This document shows, piece after piece, positions 37,301 to 51,700 of a DNA stretch of 64,000 bases. Every line of letters starts with the position of its first letter. Position 1 is the stretch's first letter. Source of the DNA: Lytechinus pictus. Taxonomy: Eukaryota. The notes beneath the pieces were generated by a model. That model had not been told where the DNA came from. It saw nothing but the letters and a program-made list of their open reading frames with translations, and made no database searches. Where the stretch lies: NCBI RefSeq assembly GCF_037042905.1, contig NC_087245.1, positions 19,284,001-19,348,000 on the forward strand, in the 5' to 3' direction. Both the position numbers and the translations under genes were made by a program.

Positions 37301-40300
37301 AACACTTACCACTGCCTCACATGTGTGTATTATTTGTACTATCATAGTGTTTCTAAGTATGTTTGTGGTTTATATAGGCGATTATGGCAGTGATTGGTTC
37401 ATATCAAGTGAACGATAAATCAAAATGAACTTCTAACATTAGTCACTGAATTATACTAAAAATAAATATTAGTGATAAGGTCTGAAAAGTAACATGATAA
37501 ATGAATATTGTTTTCTTTTAGGGAAAGTTAAAAAAATGAGAAAGTGGTGCATCTTATTCAGTTACATAATTACTATTACTATTATTATAATTTATTAACG
37601 TCTCACAATGTCTATTAATATATCAACAAACCATTCCTACACTTGCTATCTATTGGTCTAATAATGGCATTCGTTCAATTATCGTTATTCTTTTCAATAC
37701 TAAATTTTTTTACCACAATATCATTAACACTATGGTTATTACCAATGGCGTATTCTTATTGTTCTGTAGTCATCACTTTTGTCATGAGGAACCGAACTGC
37801 TAAAACGCAATCAATGTACCTGACGCTGAAAACTACCACAGTATGTGACGGCGATACATATATATATAGAACAAGGCATGTGTTGGCATTTGTGAGATAA
37901 CACATTCGCTTCGGATCACATTAAACTGTCTGGAGAGTGACATTGGTGAGGTGGCGTCATAGTAAGCTATCATTCCATCGATGAGTTAATGAATAACATA
38001 CGAAGATGGAAAGGGAATAGGGGGACAGAAAGCTGACGATGGACAGATGGAAGGATGTGTCAAGGAAGAAGCGGGAAATGATGGTAGTATTACATACTCT
38101 GTTGGTAAAAGGAATAACGTCCGCATGTTCCTTGGTTGAGAATACAGGCTAGGGATTGACTACACTCTAAAAAAAGGTTTACCCAATATTGGTAAAATGG
38201 GAACATGTATGTTGGTTGGGTAAAAAGATATTTAGTAAATTTACGCAATGGTGCGTTGAAATAGCCCAATATGGGGTAAAAAACCCCAACAAACATACAT
38301 GTTCCCTTTCTACCCAATATTGGGTAACATTGTAGACAGTGTTTTCAGAGTGTATGGTTTTTGATACACAACGGAGAATTCATGTAAATTTTAATGCAAA
38401 AATCGACACATAACTGATAGACGAAAACGGAATGCTGACAGAGACGGGAAGGGGATAGATATGGGATGAGGTGGGGGACAAGAAACGGCGGAGAAGAAGA
38501 ATGGACCACGAGAAAACATGCTAAACTTTATCACTTACAACAAAGAGGATAGATTGATAGCTATGGTGTAGATGTTCGGCTTCATAAAGGGAAGGGGGAG
38601 GCATGGAATGTTAAGTATTGCGCAGAAGGCATAATGATGCCCAAGAGAAAGGAGTAAGGTTTGACGGGTAACGAGAGTGCAAGTCATTATGATCGAGGAA
38701 ATATACTTTCTTACGTTATCATTGAAAGCAAGATAAAGAGGAAATGTACATAATTATTTTAGTGGAATAATTTTGCTAAGCTTAGGAAACCTACAGCGAG
38801 ACAAAAAAATAATTAGATGGGTGGAGGAGTAACTTTATGTACAGGAGATGGGTTCTAATCATAATCCGGGAGGTTGGTTTAGGGGTATACAAAAGAGGAA
38901 TGTATACAAGCCTAAATTCAAGAAGTCAATAATAATAATACAAATTCAACGGACACGGTGACTGTTGCTGTAGATGTTGGGCTCAATAAAGAGACGGACA
39001 TGGAATTTGAGGAGGATGTGACGGGTAAAATGATGAGAGGAGAAGGCATGGGGAAGTATGTTTGTAAGATTGGGGTAAGGGTACACACATGTTAATAACA
39101 AACAAACAAAACATCTTGGTTGATAGACGTAGGATGAGCAGACCGAGCAGACGTATAGTTTGAGAAATATAGGTAGGATGAAAGGAGATGGAGGAGGGGA
39201 TGTGGTGGAGTTGGATGAGGATGAAGATAAAGGAACGAACTTGCATGATGACCCTTGATCTGTTAGGTATGATAGGAATGCCGCGAGGGCTGAGACATAA
39301 ACACTACATAGCGAGGATCCATTACATAGACAATCCGCTCCCTTCTGCTGTACCATGGATTATATTGATGTATCACCGCCATTAAAGAGACACGTCACTT
39401 TATTTTCATTTCAGATCTCACCTTTTATCTATTTTATTACTTCCTCCTTTACTCATTATTTACTTACGCTTTTCATACCCAAATCCCCATACCTTTCGAG
39501 CTTTCTTCCTCTGAAATTACCTAGATCGTGCATTTGGTTAAGATAGAGCCATTGGTGGTATATAATTACGTAACATATTAAGTCTATGTTTACTTTCCCT
39601 ATGTATTGAAATATTTTAAAGCTACATTTCCACATACAAACTTACAAGCATGCAAACTTTCTGATGTTAGGCTATTGGGAGGAAATGTTGTGCCTACGTT
39701 GGATATATTTGTAAACATTTACTTCCATATGTACACTTACCTGTAATACTTTCTCTTATACAACTGCTTTGCATGCAAACTGGAACACACAAACACAACA
39801 ACTTTAACAATAACTGCTTGCCAATACATTGATAAAACTGATGGATATTTCAGGGTATTTTTAGGATAAGAGTAACGCATAGTTTTAATGAAGAAACACA
39901 GCAAACTTTGATTTTTAAATATTTTCTTAATTCATGTTATATATTTCCAGATGAATTATACAAATTGTTTAAATTCGTATTAATGTTTAAAACGTTTCTT
40001 TATACACACATTTCAAATAAGGACTTTCCAAAATGTCGAAACAGTGTTGATATGAATATCACGACCATAAGAATATTAATTGATAACAATATTAATGTAT
40101 TCTTTGTATACAGGATATATTAGAAATTGTCTTTTCATATAGGGAATTTTTCACTTTTTTGATGTCGTCACAACTGCCCAAAATATGGCCTATAAATTGG
40201 TAATTTTCGTTTTTATGTTGGTTGACAAAATTACACGCACAAAAAAAATGCACATGCAATACTTAGAAAATAACGTCACATCAAAAATGTAATCTGAAAA

Positions 40301-43300
40301 TTAAAGGGGGAAATAATATATACTACTTACATTGAGAGTGCGGATCCTCCCTCACTGTCCACCCCAAGGCCTGCATAGGAAGAAGAAGAATATGGCTCAT
40401 TACGTTGATAGTCAAGTTTGTGGGATTTACGATAGTTCTCTCGGATCTGACGTAGTCGTTCATCGATGGGGACTTCGTTCTTTCTCGAGGTCGCTGGTGA
40501 TCGTGGTGGTGTTGGCGTCGATGCGATTGTTGATGCGCCTGTTGTTGCACTAAATCTGGCCATGTGCCTCGCGTAAGGTCCTTTAACACGCTGACCCTCA
40601 CGGTGAGCTCGATAAGCCCGGTGAGGCGCCAGAGGAGAGAAATAAGGAACGTCGCTATCGCTTTCGCTCTCATCATCGTAGTCGTATGAATAGGTATCCG
40701 CATAGCTTGCGCGATACGAGGGCGTGATACGGGATACATCGCTACTGCTGTACGATCGGTATCCCAATCCGCTAGAATACGATGGTTTGGAGAGATACGA
40801 CGACGACAACACAGGTTCTTCGCTGCGAGAACGATATGCCCTCGATGGCGACAACGAATCAACGCTCCCATAGCGACCTAGAGATGAGTAACCGGACGAT
40901 GACGAACTTGTTGTACTCGAGGGAACATGGCGAGGTAGACTATCATATGATGAACTTAATTTCTTGTTGAGTGGTGCTAGGTATTTATTTGATATTTCTC
41001 GGGTGGTGGCATCTAAACTAGAACGGCGCTTACTTCTTTCCAAGATACTAGAGCTTGTCGTAGGAATACTTTTGGGTAAAGAACGTTCATAGGTTTCAGG
41101 CGGTGGCTCATACTCTGGGTTATACCGGCTAATAAGGGTATTTCTAGGCTCATCAAATGTACCTGTTGCCTTTCTCATATTACGATCCGATTTCCAGCGA
41201 ATTTGATCCTCGAGAGCAGTGAGAAGGTCTTTGACCCCTCTATCACTATCAGAAACCGGATCAGAGTCGAATTCATACTCCTCGCTGTCTGTATCCACCT
41301 CGATGTCGGGGACGTCGACAAGGAGATCATAGGGATCGGTTTCATGATCACGGTAAAGATATGAGTTAATCATGTCCTTGACCGTGGGACTGCTAGGCCG
41401 ATAAGAACTCCTTGATGCTGATGCTGCTGATCGCGTATCCATCGAGGTGTTCACCCTGGTGCCTGTAGTACCTCGGGATCGATGCTGCGGTCTCTGACTA
41501 TCCTCCTCTTCTTCTTCTTCGGGGGCGTCGCGCGGAACAGACTCAATCTCACTAGCAATGCTTGGAGGATCCTCCTCTGTGATTGGGTCTGTTGTTTCCA
41601 TGGTAATCTCGTCATCAATCGACATCTCGCGCTCAAGAGGGATGCTATCAGCTCTTGCCGCGGAAGACATCGTCGCTAACCCTTCACCCGAGGAGAAGCT
41701 ACCGACTGGGGTGAGGATATCGGAGTTACCCCTTCCACTTCGATTATCCGCCGGATAATCCCCCTCTTCTGTAATAACAAGTTCATCCTCATAGCCACAA
41801 CCAGATGTATTTAAGACATCTTCGTCTAGTTTTAGTTCCCCGATCTCCTCTTCTCCCAAGACTTCGCCGTTCACATGTCCGTCCTCCATATTTACCAAAT
41901 TTTGTTTACAAAATAATTCTTGAACGTAAATGCAGAAAGCATTGAAATTTGTATATTTCGATAAGAAAAGCACTGAAGAAATTCCTTGTACTATTCCAGA
42001 AATTGATCAAACAATCACGACAGAAAAATTCAGGAAAACACAAATGGGGTATCACGGCAATGTCTATCTATTCACCACTGCAAAATTACGCGAGTATCCT
42101 TGAAGAGTTCTAAAAATGACGTTAAAAACGTAAAATCTACGACGTTATTATTTCAATGAGCTTTAGAAATCAATTAGCTTGTTCTTCCGATGCAGGCCCG
42201 ATAGTTTCCCCCCACTCCGACCCGGCCGCTCTCACGCTACGGGTAGGTAGCACAGGCAAAACCACTACACAGTAGCGATTCTTTCCAAGCCAAGTATAGT
42301 CGTCACCTTACGATGAATGTAGTGGTGGATATTAGTATAGCGCGAGGCCGGGGGTCGGGTGGCTAAAGAAAGGAAAGAGAGTGAGAGACGCGAGTCCACT
42401 TGCTCACACCACACGTCATACTACAAGCGAGAAAACGATGTAAGCCGATCACATGAAATAGCAGTCATGCCAGTTGGATGGTGAAATCTGAAACCCAAGA
42501 GGGGCAGCGAAGACTGATGACACCCCCTTTGCCAGGCCAGCCATCCAGCGCAGCCTATACGAACAGCCGTTAGCTCACTTGAAAATGTCACCAGAGTCAG
42601 GATGCCTAAGCCTGGGGTGTCCTGTCGTGCCTACAGTGCAGGGTAAAAGCAGGGGCGAGGGTCGACACGGCGAGGCCAGCCCGAGCAAAACGCTGCCTTA
42701 TTTGGTTCGTCCAATTGGTGCCTGTTAAAGTCCGCAGATGGATCCACCGAAGCGGCAGTATACATCTACACTGAGCGCCGTATGATCTGGGGTTCATTAC
42801 CGGTTACAGGCCTCTACTCAAGAACCAAGCCACCAGCCTCGGCTTACATCACTTAAAACCGCGGGTCAGTCATTGGATTGTGCAAATTCGAACTTTGAAA
42901 CATTGCAACAATTCTGTTTGCTGTACTGTTATTGGAATGTAAAACGAATTATTTCATCCATTCGAATAAGATCCAGTCGTATAGTAATATCATCAAGGTG
43001 AAAACGTTTCATGAAAAATTATACTTGATTTTAATCAAGTAGTGGGACATACTACATTTACCAGCCGAGGTCACTGATGTATTTCAATCACTGCCAAAAA
43101 TCATTAAAACTCTCGTGGGCGCAATCCGTAACGACTGACGGAATAACCAATGACAAACACCTCACTCATCTCTTCATTCACACTCTCTTCCAATCACACA
43201 CTTAAACCCTGTTTGCATGGAGACACTTATCTTAAAATACAATAAGCGTGGGTTGTTTCTGTGTTTGATAGTCAACAATGTAAACGGGTACTCAGATAAA

Positions 43301-46300
43301 GTTGTCACAACAGTGATAAAACCTTATCATTAAGACGTCCAAGTAAACAATAACTAATCGGTTCACCCTAAAGGTTGGAACTCTCGCCTGTGTGAGTTTT
43401 ATGTAGGATGACACAGGCATTTGGGAGAGGTTTCTAACATTTAATGTTTTCTCCGATTTAGATTTAAGAAAAATAATTTATAAGTGCCTTAAATTTAAAG
43501 TACTACTAGAATGTGAATTAGATTTAAAGGGATGACGTTGTGACGAAATGAATAAAAGCAGTTCCTAATTGTTTCGTTAATGAAAAAGACCTTTTAAATA
43601 TCATGTAAATCTGAAACAATAAAATTCACTAAACTTTGACTATACAAAGTCTTGAAGAGAGTGAAAAAAAAACAAAGCAAGTACTTATAAAAAACAAATC
43701 GAAGTTTCTTGATTCACAGTGTTAGCAATGTCTAAGAGATAACCAGAGAGTGTCGAATAAAATCTTTCTTTGAATAAACTTAACATTAATCATTTGCAGT
43801 CAGTAATCATGTATGTTATCATAACAATTACAAAGCATAATTAGTTAATGAGTGTTTAATTCTAATCGCTTTCCCACTGTCTATTTGGAATGGACTGACG
43901 TGTCAACCTACTTGCTTTCAAGATCATGACACGCATGATGTGGTGACCAGACAATTTGATTTGGAAGCATGATAAATGAATTCTGGCAGATGCCCAGGAA
44001 CAGAATTTTAAAAATCAACCAATTAAAGGAGGCATAAACAATAGTATGATGTATAAACCACTCTCCCTTGTAATCATGTGGTTCTATACCAGCTTATATT
44101 TAACATCTCTTGCCTAATTTCAAAAGCAGTCCACAGCCACATAGCGATGGTGCTAATTACAGAGTGAAACGAACTCGGGGAGAGTCGCATACCTTTCTAG
44201 GGTGAATGAGAGTTGAGGAGTGCAAAGCTGTTAAAGGTTTACCCGGTTGCCTCATCAAGTGATTTATAATGGTGTATATTAAATTAATAGAACAAAGTTG
44301 CAGCTAAATCATCTCTTAAGTCGAAAACACTCTCCCTGTTTTTGTTTACCATATTTGAGGATTACCTTTTTTTTTTTTTTTTTATATATAACCTTCATTA
44401 ATCCGTAAACATCGTATATGGATAGCGAGTTGATACGTGGAGATCTCCAGGATTGCAGTAACTTTTTCTTGCCAAATCCTAGTTTGTGGCCAATATCAAT
44501 ATTCGATAATCCTTTGTCTTCTAAAATGCAAAGTAACTCAAAATAAGTGTCTTCAATTGATTTTCTACCAGAAAATTATGATTCTCATTTATTCTCTTAC
44601 TTATAAACCATCTTGTTCATAAACATAGCATCTTTAATCAAATCCTTGTCTTCAACGGCCTTATGGCTTAAGAAGGGTGATCAAATTTCTCAGTTACACC
44701 AAGCCCAAAGCAGACATACTGGACAATATCCAAACAATTCACAGGTATGATTCATTATCTCTGTAATAGCCTCTCGCAAAAATAAAGACGCAGAACGCAT
44801 CCACTCGAACTAGTTTGCTTACACAAATGCCAATAATTGGAACAAAATAAAAGTAGCTAATTCATATCGACATTTCCTAATTGATTTCAACAGGTATTTC
44901 GTATGGTATTCATTAAAAAAACATACATAAATGATTAAATAAATGGACGAAATATGTTTTCTCTTGTGAATTTATTAACAGGATTTTTTCCGAAGAGGGT
45001 CTGAAGAGTAATATTAATAATAATAATAATAATTATCAATTATAATAATAGGCATGTATACGGCGCCATATATCTAGAAATATTCTATCCTGAGGCGCAC
45101 AAGAAAAAGAAAGAATGAGAGAGTTTGGATGAGTGTCTTGGGAGTCTTTAGAAGATGCTGGGGCCTGTTGCATAAAACTTTTTACCTGAGAAAACTCTGG
45201 TAAAAACTGAAAACTAAGGTTAGTCTGATTTCTGCCATTGACTGTAACACAGGGTGAAAACTCCAGTTAAAACAACTTTTCTTAGGTAAAAAATTTTATG
45301 CAACGGGCCCCTGGTGTGATGATCTCAGGCTATTGGTACAGTTAAGAGTTAAAAAGATCCACTATATTCTTTAATAACAAAACCTATTACAACCAAGATG
45401 TATATATATAAATACGGTTATTCCTGGCAATGGACTGACGTTAAATGACGTGATAGGTTCATTCACTCATTCGTAACAGAACTAATGACTCTTGACGATT
45501 AACAGACGACCAACCTTTTCTCCGGGCATTACTTTACCATTGGATGAAATCAACGCAAGACAACTGACATTTCGCTGCCAAGGTACATTATATATCACGG
45601 CATACCTGCATGCGTCTTCGCCGGAGCATCGAAATTGGAGTAAGTAAAAAAAAGGCACCGAACAGTGTAGTGAAATGTTATGACAGATTGTTTCGTTTAC
45701 ATGTGACGAGTGTGTATACCTAGCATTATTAACAAACAGTTTTAGATACCTAGCTTGTGTTTATATAATGGATTATGACGATACAGCGAAAGAGCATACG
45801 TGTTGCCTATCGCATAAATACATTGAAAGACATACGTCAATCCCATACAATATTATACAGATGTTGCCTCCCTAGAGTTTGAATATAACATTTCCTCTTC
45901 CCGACGGAGTTATATTTTCCCCAATGGATTATATTTTGCCCGAAGCGCGCATACATAACCTATGTAATATAATATACTCTTATAAGTAGAAGCAATTATA
46001 TTTTCAAATGTCCATTATCTCCGGTCGATATTTGAAGGTTTAGATTTAACGAAAGTGTTATATATTTTATCACGGATTAAAGACTCTAAAGAATACTTTG
46101 GCTACCTTTGGAATAACCATAATATTAAAGTCATAGTCAATACGTTAATACCCTTACATCTACATCATATATATGTTCTTATACAAATAAAACGTATTTT
46201 CATTCATTTACATATATATAAGGTGACACATCGCCATTCATTTTTCGGTTAAATGAATTAAGTACTTTAAGTTACATCTTTGCTGAAATGTTTCGTTTTA

Positions 46301-48690
46301 AAATGTCATGAGACAAAAAGAAATAAAAATAAAGAACAGATATTTGCATATAAGTAAGGATTTTCCTAAGGTCCACCATTTGTAACTATTGTCATTTTAC
46401 CGACTTATCATATCTTATTTTTCTTGCTATTATGGACGAATTTTTGTATGTTATCAGATGAAGATATGAACATACTTTTTTGTATTTTCTCTAACACCCG
46501 TTTCGGCGATGCCAAGACTGAAATCGCAATTGCACATGGACCAAACAGGTAAAGTAACAAAGTCCCTGAACAAAATAATAAATAAAGAACCAGACATATT
46601 TTATGTAACTATCTTCAGTAGATGTAAACGCACTTTTGCAATAATATTTTGCTGTTATTAATCGCCACCCCAAATCAGTTAAATTTAATTCTTAGACCGC
46701 CATCGGCGTTTCGTTATATGTATATTTTACTTTTGTTGTTTGTAAATCACCTCTGGGTTGGAATGTTTCTTATAGGCACATCTTTTACTTTTTTCTTTTG
46801 ATTTCTTTTTAGAAACGAAAATATAAAGTGCATTTTAAAATTTATTTTTTCTTTTCAAGAATATGATTATCAATCATATGGTGTATATATCATTTCGTCT
46901 CACATCAACTAGATAATGGACTGAACAGACATTCAAGAACCGAAATTTAGGTAAATTTCTTGTGGCCTGACTCGTGCATATCACAAAATAAATATAATCA
47001 TAAATAGATTTTAAACCACTTTGGGTGTGCTAACGAACAGATGTGAAAGTGAGACAACTTATTTTGCCTTTAAGTCCAAGATACTACCACGAATGAAAAC
47101 AAAACCTTGTGTTGTATAACCTTGTTTGATACCAAATGTTTATGGCGGAGTTACAACTAATCTGTACATATGTCATCATGTTTAGTAATAAACCCAGACA
47201 TTGTATTGAAAGCATTGGCTAGACTTCAGAGCCAGATCCTCCCACTCCTATACGTAAATATCACCTTACCACATAATTAACAAGATAAATGGAAACATCT
47301 GTCGAAAGAGTCAACGCGTCAACAAAATCCTGTGGCGAAAACATCATTATAATCATATTGAAACGGTGTTTGATTTGTTTGTCGGTTGTTATTCTGTTTT
47401 TGTGTGTGTGCCTCATCTGGTATATGTTTGCCCCGCTGCAACATTTCATTCATCAATCCATCCGTCCATGCATTCATTCATTCATTCGTTTGCTTGATTC
47501 CCTCGCATACTCCTTCCTTCCTTCTTTCATTATTATTTTTTCAATCTTAGTAGTCGTTGATTAATAATTTGCTCTTTCATTGTTTCCACCACTTATTCAT
47601 TCATTCAGTCATTATTTACTAATAACATAATTCATCAATGCACATATTAATTAAAAATTCTCACCCATACATTCATTTAAAGAAATAATTTACTCAAACA
47701 AAGGTTCATTACTTACTCATCTTTCATTCGTGAATTCCCTATATCTATCTATCTATATATTCATTCATTCATATCACTATATCACTCCATTCTCTATTCA
47801 TTTATACATTAAAAATCTTTGATAGACATCACTTTTGCTGCTTCTCGTTATTTTTCTCAAATCCTCCTTGTAAACTGTGCCGTCTTACGTCTTGGAATAG
47901 AGTCAAATTCATCAAAACAATAGTTTCGTAATATTCTTCTGTAATCATCTCTGCCCTTGAATATTGCTATTATTAGGTGAATTTTCAAATCCTTTCTGAT
48001 AATGTGAAGATCCACCATTAGTGGTAATATTTGACGTGATAGCGTTCCAATATCACCAACAATCAATGTCCATCTCTCCATTGCATTTTAATTGTTTCTT
48101 TCATATACCAAGTGTTCTTCATTTATGGAATTTCAAGCTGGCTCACATCCAATAATGTTCTAATCTTCATCGTAACACTTTCGACATCCTTGTCTTCATG
48201 TAGTGCAATGTGATTTTTCCAATCAAGCATGTTCTTTAACATCACCAGGTTTGGAGTTTTGCTTCTTGAATGCTTCACAATTCGCTCATTAACGTGCAAT
48301 TTGGGTTGACATGTGTTTTAGAGCATGAGGAATTCTGTCCATCAGAGTTTCCTCACAAAGTATTTTGTCCATCCATTTTAGGTACACTTTAATTTTATTT
48401 TTCTCCAGGTTGGTCTGTATCGATCTTTATCGTCCAAATCTCTCAATTTCGCAACAAAACTCCTTACAAACATGAAAACATCAATATTGTTTCCACAATA
48501 AAGATTAACATTTCATCACATCAAAGAGAGAAGCAGAAATTGAATAATCATTTGAAAAATGTTAATAGAGAATGAAGACACGGTGACACGTTTATTTAGT
48601 TTAATATTTGTCACAAAGGATAAATAAGGCACATATGTAGATAATTTATACTATCATTTTCTAAAATATTTCATACATTATTATCACCTT

Positions 48691-48721
<31 letters not shown>

Positions 48722-51700
48722 CTCCAACCACCTCCATAAAAAAATATTTAAAATTCAAAGATAGAGTCGATACTGATTTTCTATCTTATACACAATTAAT
48801 ATTACAGGGCATTGGTGAGTAATTTTGTTCTCCAATATTGTAATGCTTCAAAATTTGTGAAGGTCAAGTCCAGGTTTGGAAATGAAATTAAGAATTAAAT
48901 GTATCTATAAATGAAATTAAAGCTGTAAATATTTAATTATTTCTTCAATATGAAATAAAATTTGAAAGCGTAAAATTAGATGAAATTAAATACTAAAAAG
49001 GTATCAGTGTCACTGTAACTGTCTGGTATCACTTAAAATCTCGGATAAACATTGCAATACTTCGATATATTGAAATCACAATAGGTTCACAATACATTTT
49101 TTATTCCGTTTTTTAATGATAATAACAAATGCACACATCGAATACAATAATGCAAGATCGACAGCTTTGTCAAAATGCCCATTATCATTGAATCATATAG
49201 AAAGACTAATAGAAGTGACATTGGTGACTTACGTTCAACCCTGACATAGGAGTCACATGAGATTCTTCCAAGGAGATTGGAGGCAAGACAGGTGTAGGTT
49301 CCAGCATCTTGAAGGAATGCCTCTTGGATGATGAGGCTACATGTTTCATCATCCTCACCAAACTCGATGGAGTAATGCTGGCCATCAAAGATCTCCTTGT
49401 GGTCCTTGAACCTGGGTATTGGAATAATAAATCAATATTAGTCATTGAAGAAATCCCTTTTTCCCGTTTTGATACTAATGCAATAGATTTTTCTGTTACT
49501 ATAGAACACTTTCAATTGTCATTTTTTATTACTATTGTTACTATACTTTTTCACAGAATATTACATATATACAACAAATTTGAATAGTAATACGACGCAC
49601 ATGATATGGTACGACAAATAGAAGTTCACAAATGTCACTGTCAGTAAGCATTTTAATTAAAAAAAGTTTTTCTGAAATTTTAGCCTAATTATTTTTTTGA
49701 AAAATGTCTCATGAAATACACATTGTGAAGTGAAGTGAGTAGTTTGGGTATTAATTCCACTTGGAAAGCGGCACTACATCTCTGTATCAATACATATATT
49801 TTTTATTGACCTTAAGCTAATTCTAAGAGATTAGATATATAATAGAACTTACCATCTGATGTTGGGTTCAGGTACCCCGGTCACCTTGCAGTCAAGTCTT
49901 GCAGCACTACCTTCAACAATGAAGATATCTCTTAGATGGAGGTTGAAATGAGGTCGGCGATAGTCCTTGAACTTTGTCAAGAATTGTTCTGCAGATGAAT
50001 AATTTCACAAAACAAATCATTCAATGTTTCATTTAAAATATATGGATATATTTTCAATTAAATCAATCAAATTAAAGTATGTAAAGCAGTTTCCTCGAAA
50101 ATGGCAATCAACTGATTGGCGCTGGAATAAACAGAACCTACATTCCCAATACCATTTTTTAAACTACACATTTTGTCAATCACATGGTAAGACCACAGAT
50201 ACAAAAAGAGAAAATGGTGGTCATCCAAGTCATATGAAATAAATATAATACATTGCTTTAGCCAGGAAAATAATTCATGGTTGAATAAGGAATCTTACCA
50301 TTCACGTCCAGTCTGCACTTGGTGGCGATACTTCCATACTGGTTGGTGATCTCTGCAGTGTACTGACCCTTATCTTTCTCAGTAGTTCCGTCAATCTCCA
50401 GTGTGTGGACTCCATCCTCCTCGTAAAAGTGGTAGTGTGGACCGGCCTTTAATGGCTTGTCATCGTGATACCACTTAACCTTGGGTTCAGGCACACCTGG
50501 GATTTCGGCGACTGTTAAAAGAAAGGTTTATTTTCAAAAGTTAAGTCTACTCTTATTTAGATGATAGATGATATTGTGATATGGAAAAAACAAAATCTGA
50601 AGGTTATTCTTTGAAATAATTCTTTGATAACTTGTTCATTACGATAAAAGCATTAGTTAAAAACATCTAATATCTGTTAGATTTCCCTTTCTGAACTGAG
50701 GCAAAAAGAACAAGTCTGTATTTAACAAAGATCAATCGAAGTCAGAAATTATAAATCATAAAGGAAATGAATTGTAAATAATGAAAATATCTCTCCACAA
50801 ACTAAATGAGTTGTTTTCATACTTTCCTTACGCTTGGCACAAGCCTTGTTAGAAAGTTTCATTGTTTGTGAAACAAAATAATAAACGCCAGGAAGATTCA
50901 GGTTTTTTCAGACTCTTCACATGATGGATATCAACTCACCTTGGAAAGACAGGGGCATGATGAAGTCAAAGCCACATTCTTGGTCTTCAAGAGGTCTGAT
51001 CAACTGTGGAGCCTTGTCACTTCCTGGTGCAGCAGCTTGGGCTGCTCTCAGCTTCTTGGCACGTTCACCAAGAGGTATCCTAATATGGCAGAATAAGAGA
51101 TTACCGTTAGTTATTGATATACGAAATTTCCTCCATGAAGTGTTAATTGGTTAACACGTGTGGCATTATCTACAACTATCTTGAAATTACCACAAGATAT
51201 TGAAACTCTGATTTAATTTGATATCATTTGTAACCATAAAGACAAGATTTTACCTCCTTTTTAAACACAAAAAACAATTAACCACAAATGTACAACCATT
51301 TTTTACGAGGTTAAAAATACACATTTCGTTTTGTACTTTTGTTATCAAGAGTAGATATGATAATAGTAGAAAATAGAAGATAAGTTATATAAATGAAAAT
51401 TACTTACTTCTTTCTCTTCATGTCGAGACCTCTACGTTCTCCTCTCTTGTCCAGCTCTTGTGCATCAAGCACTGTACAAAAAAATAACAGTAGGAAAATT
51501 AATATCTTTTCACATTAAGTTCATCAGGTACGACTCTATAGTAATCATTAAAAAGCAAATACAGAAGGAATTGCTCCCAACTGTATCTATACAAAATAAA
51601 TGCATATTTTTTCACATGCACAAGGAACCCTAAACAAGAACTCAACAATGACCATTTATTGATTTCACAATGGTACCGAAGGTTAAATAGAAGTATATTT

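Noticed and set aside
40323..40871. 182-aa overlapping alternative-frame ORF
   Set aside because: It leaves the donor in phase 1, which is incompatible with the next exon at 30790; best explained as a shadow of the low-complexity main frame
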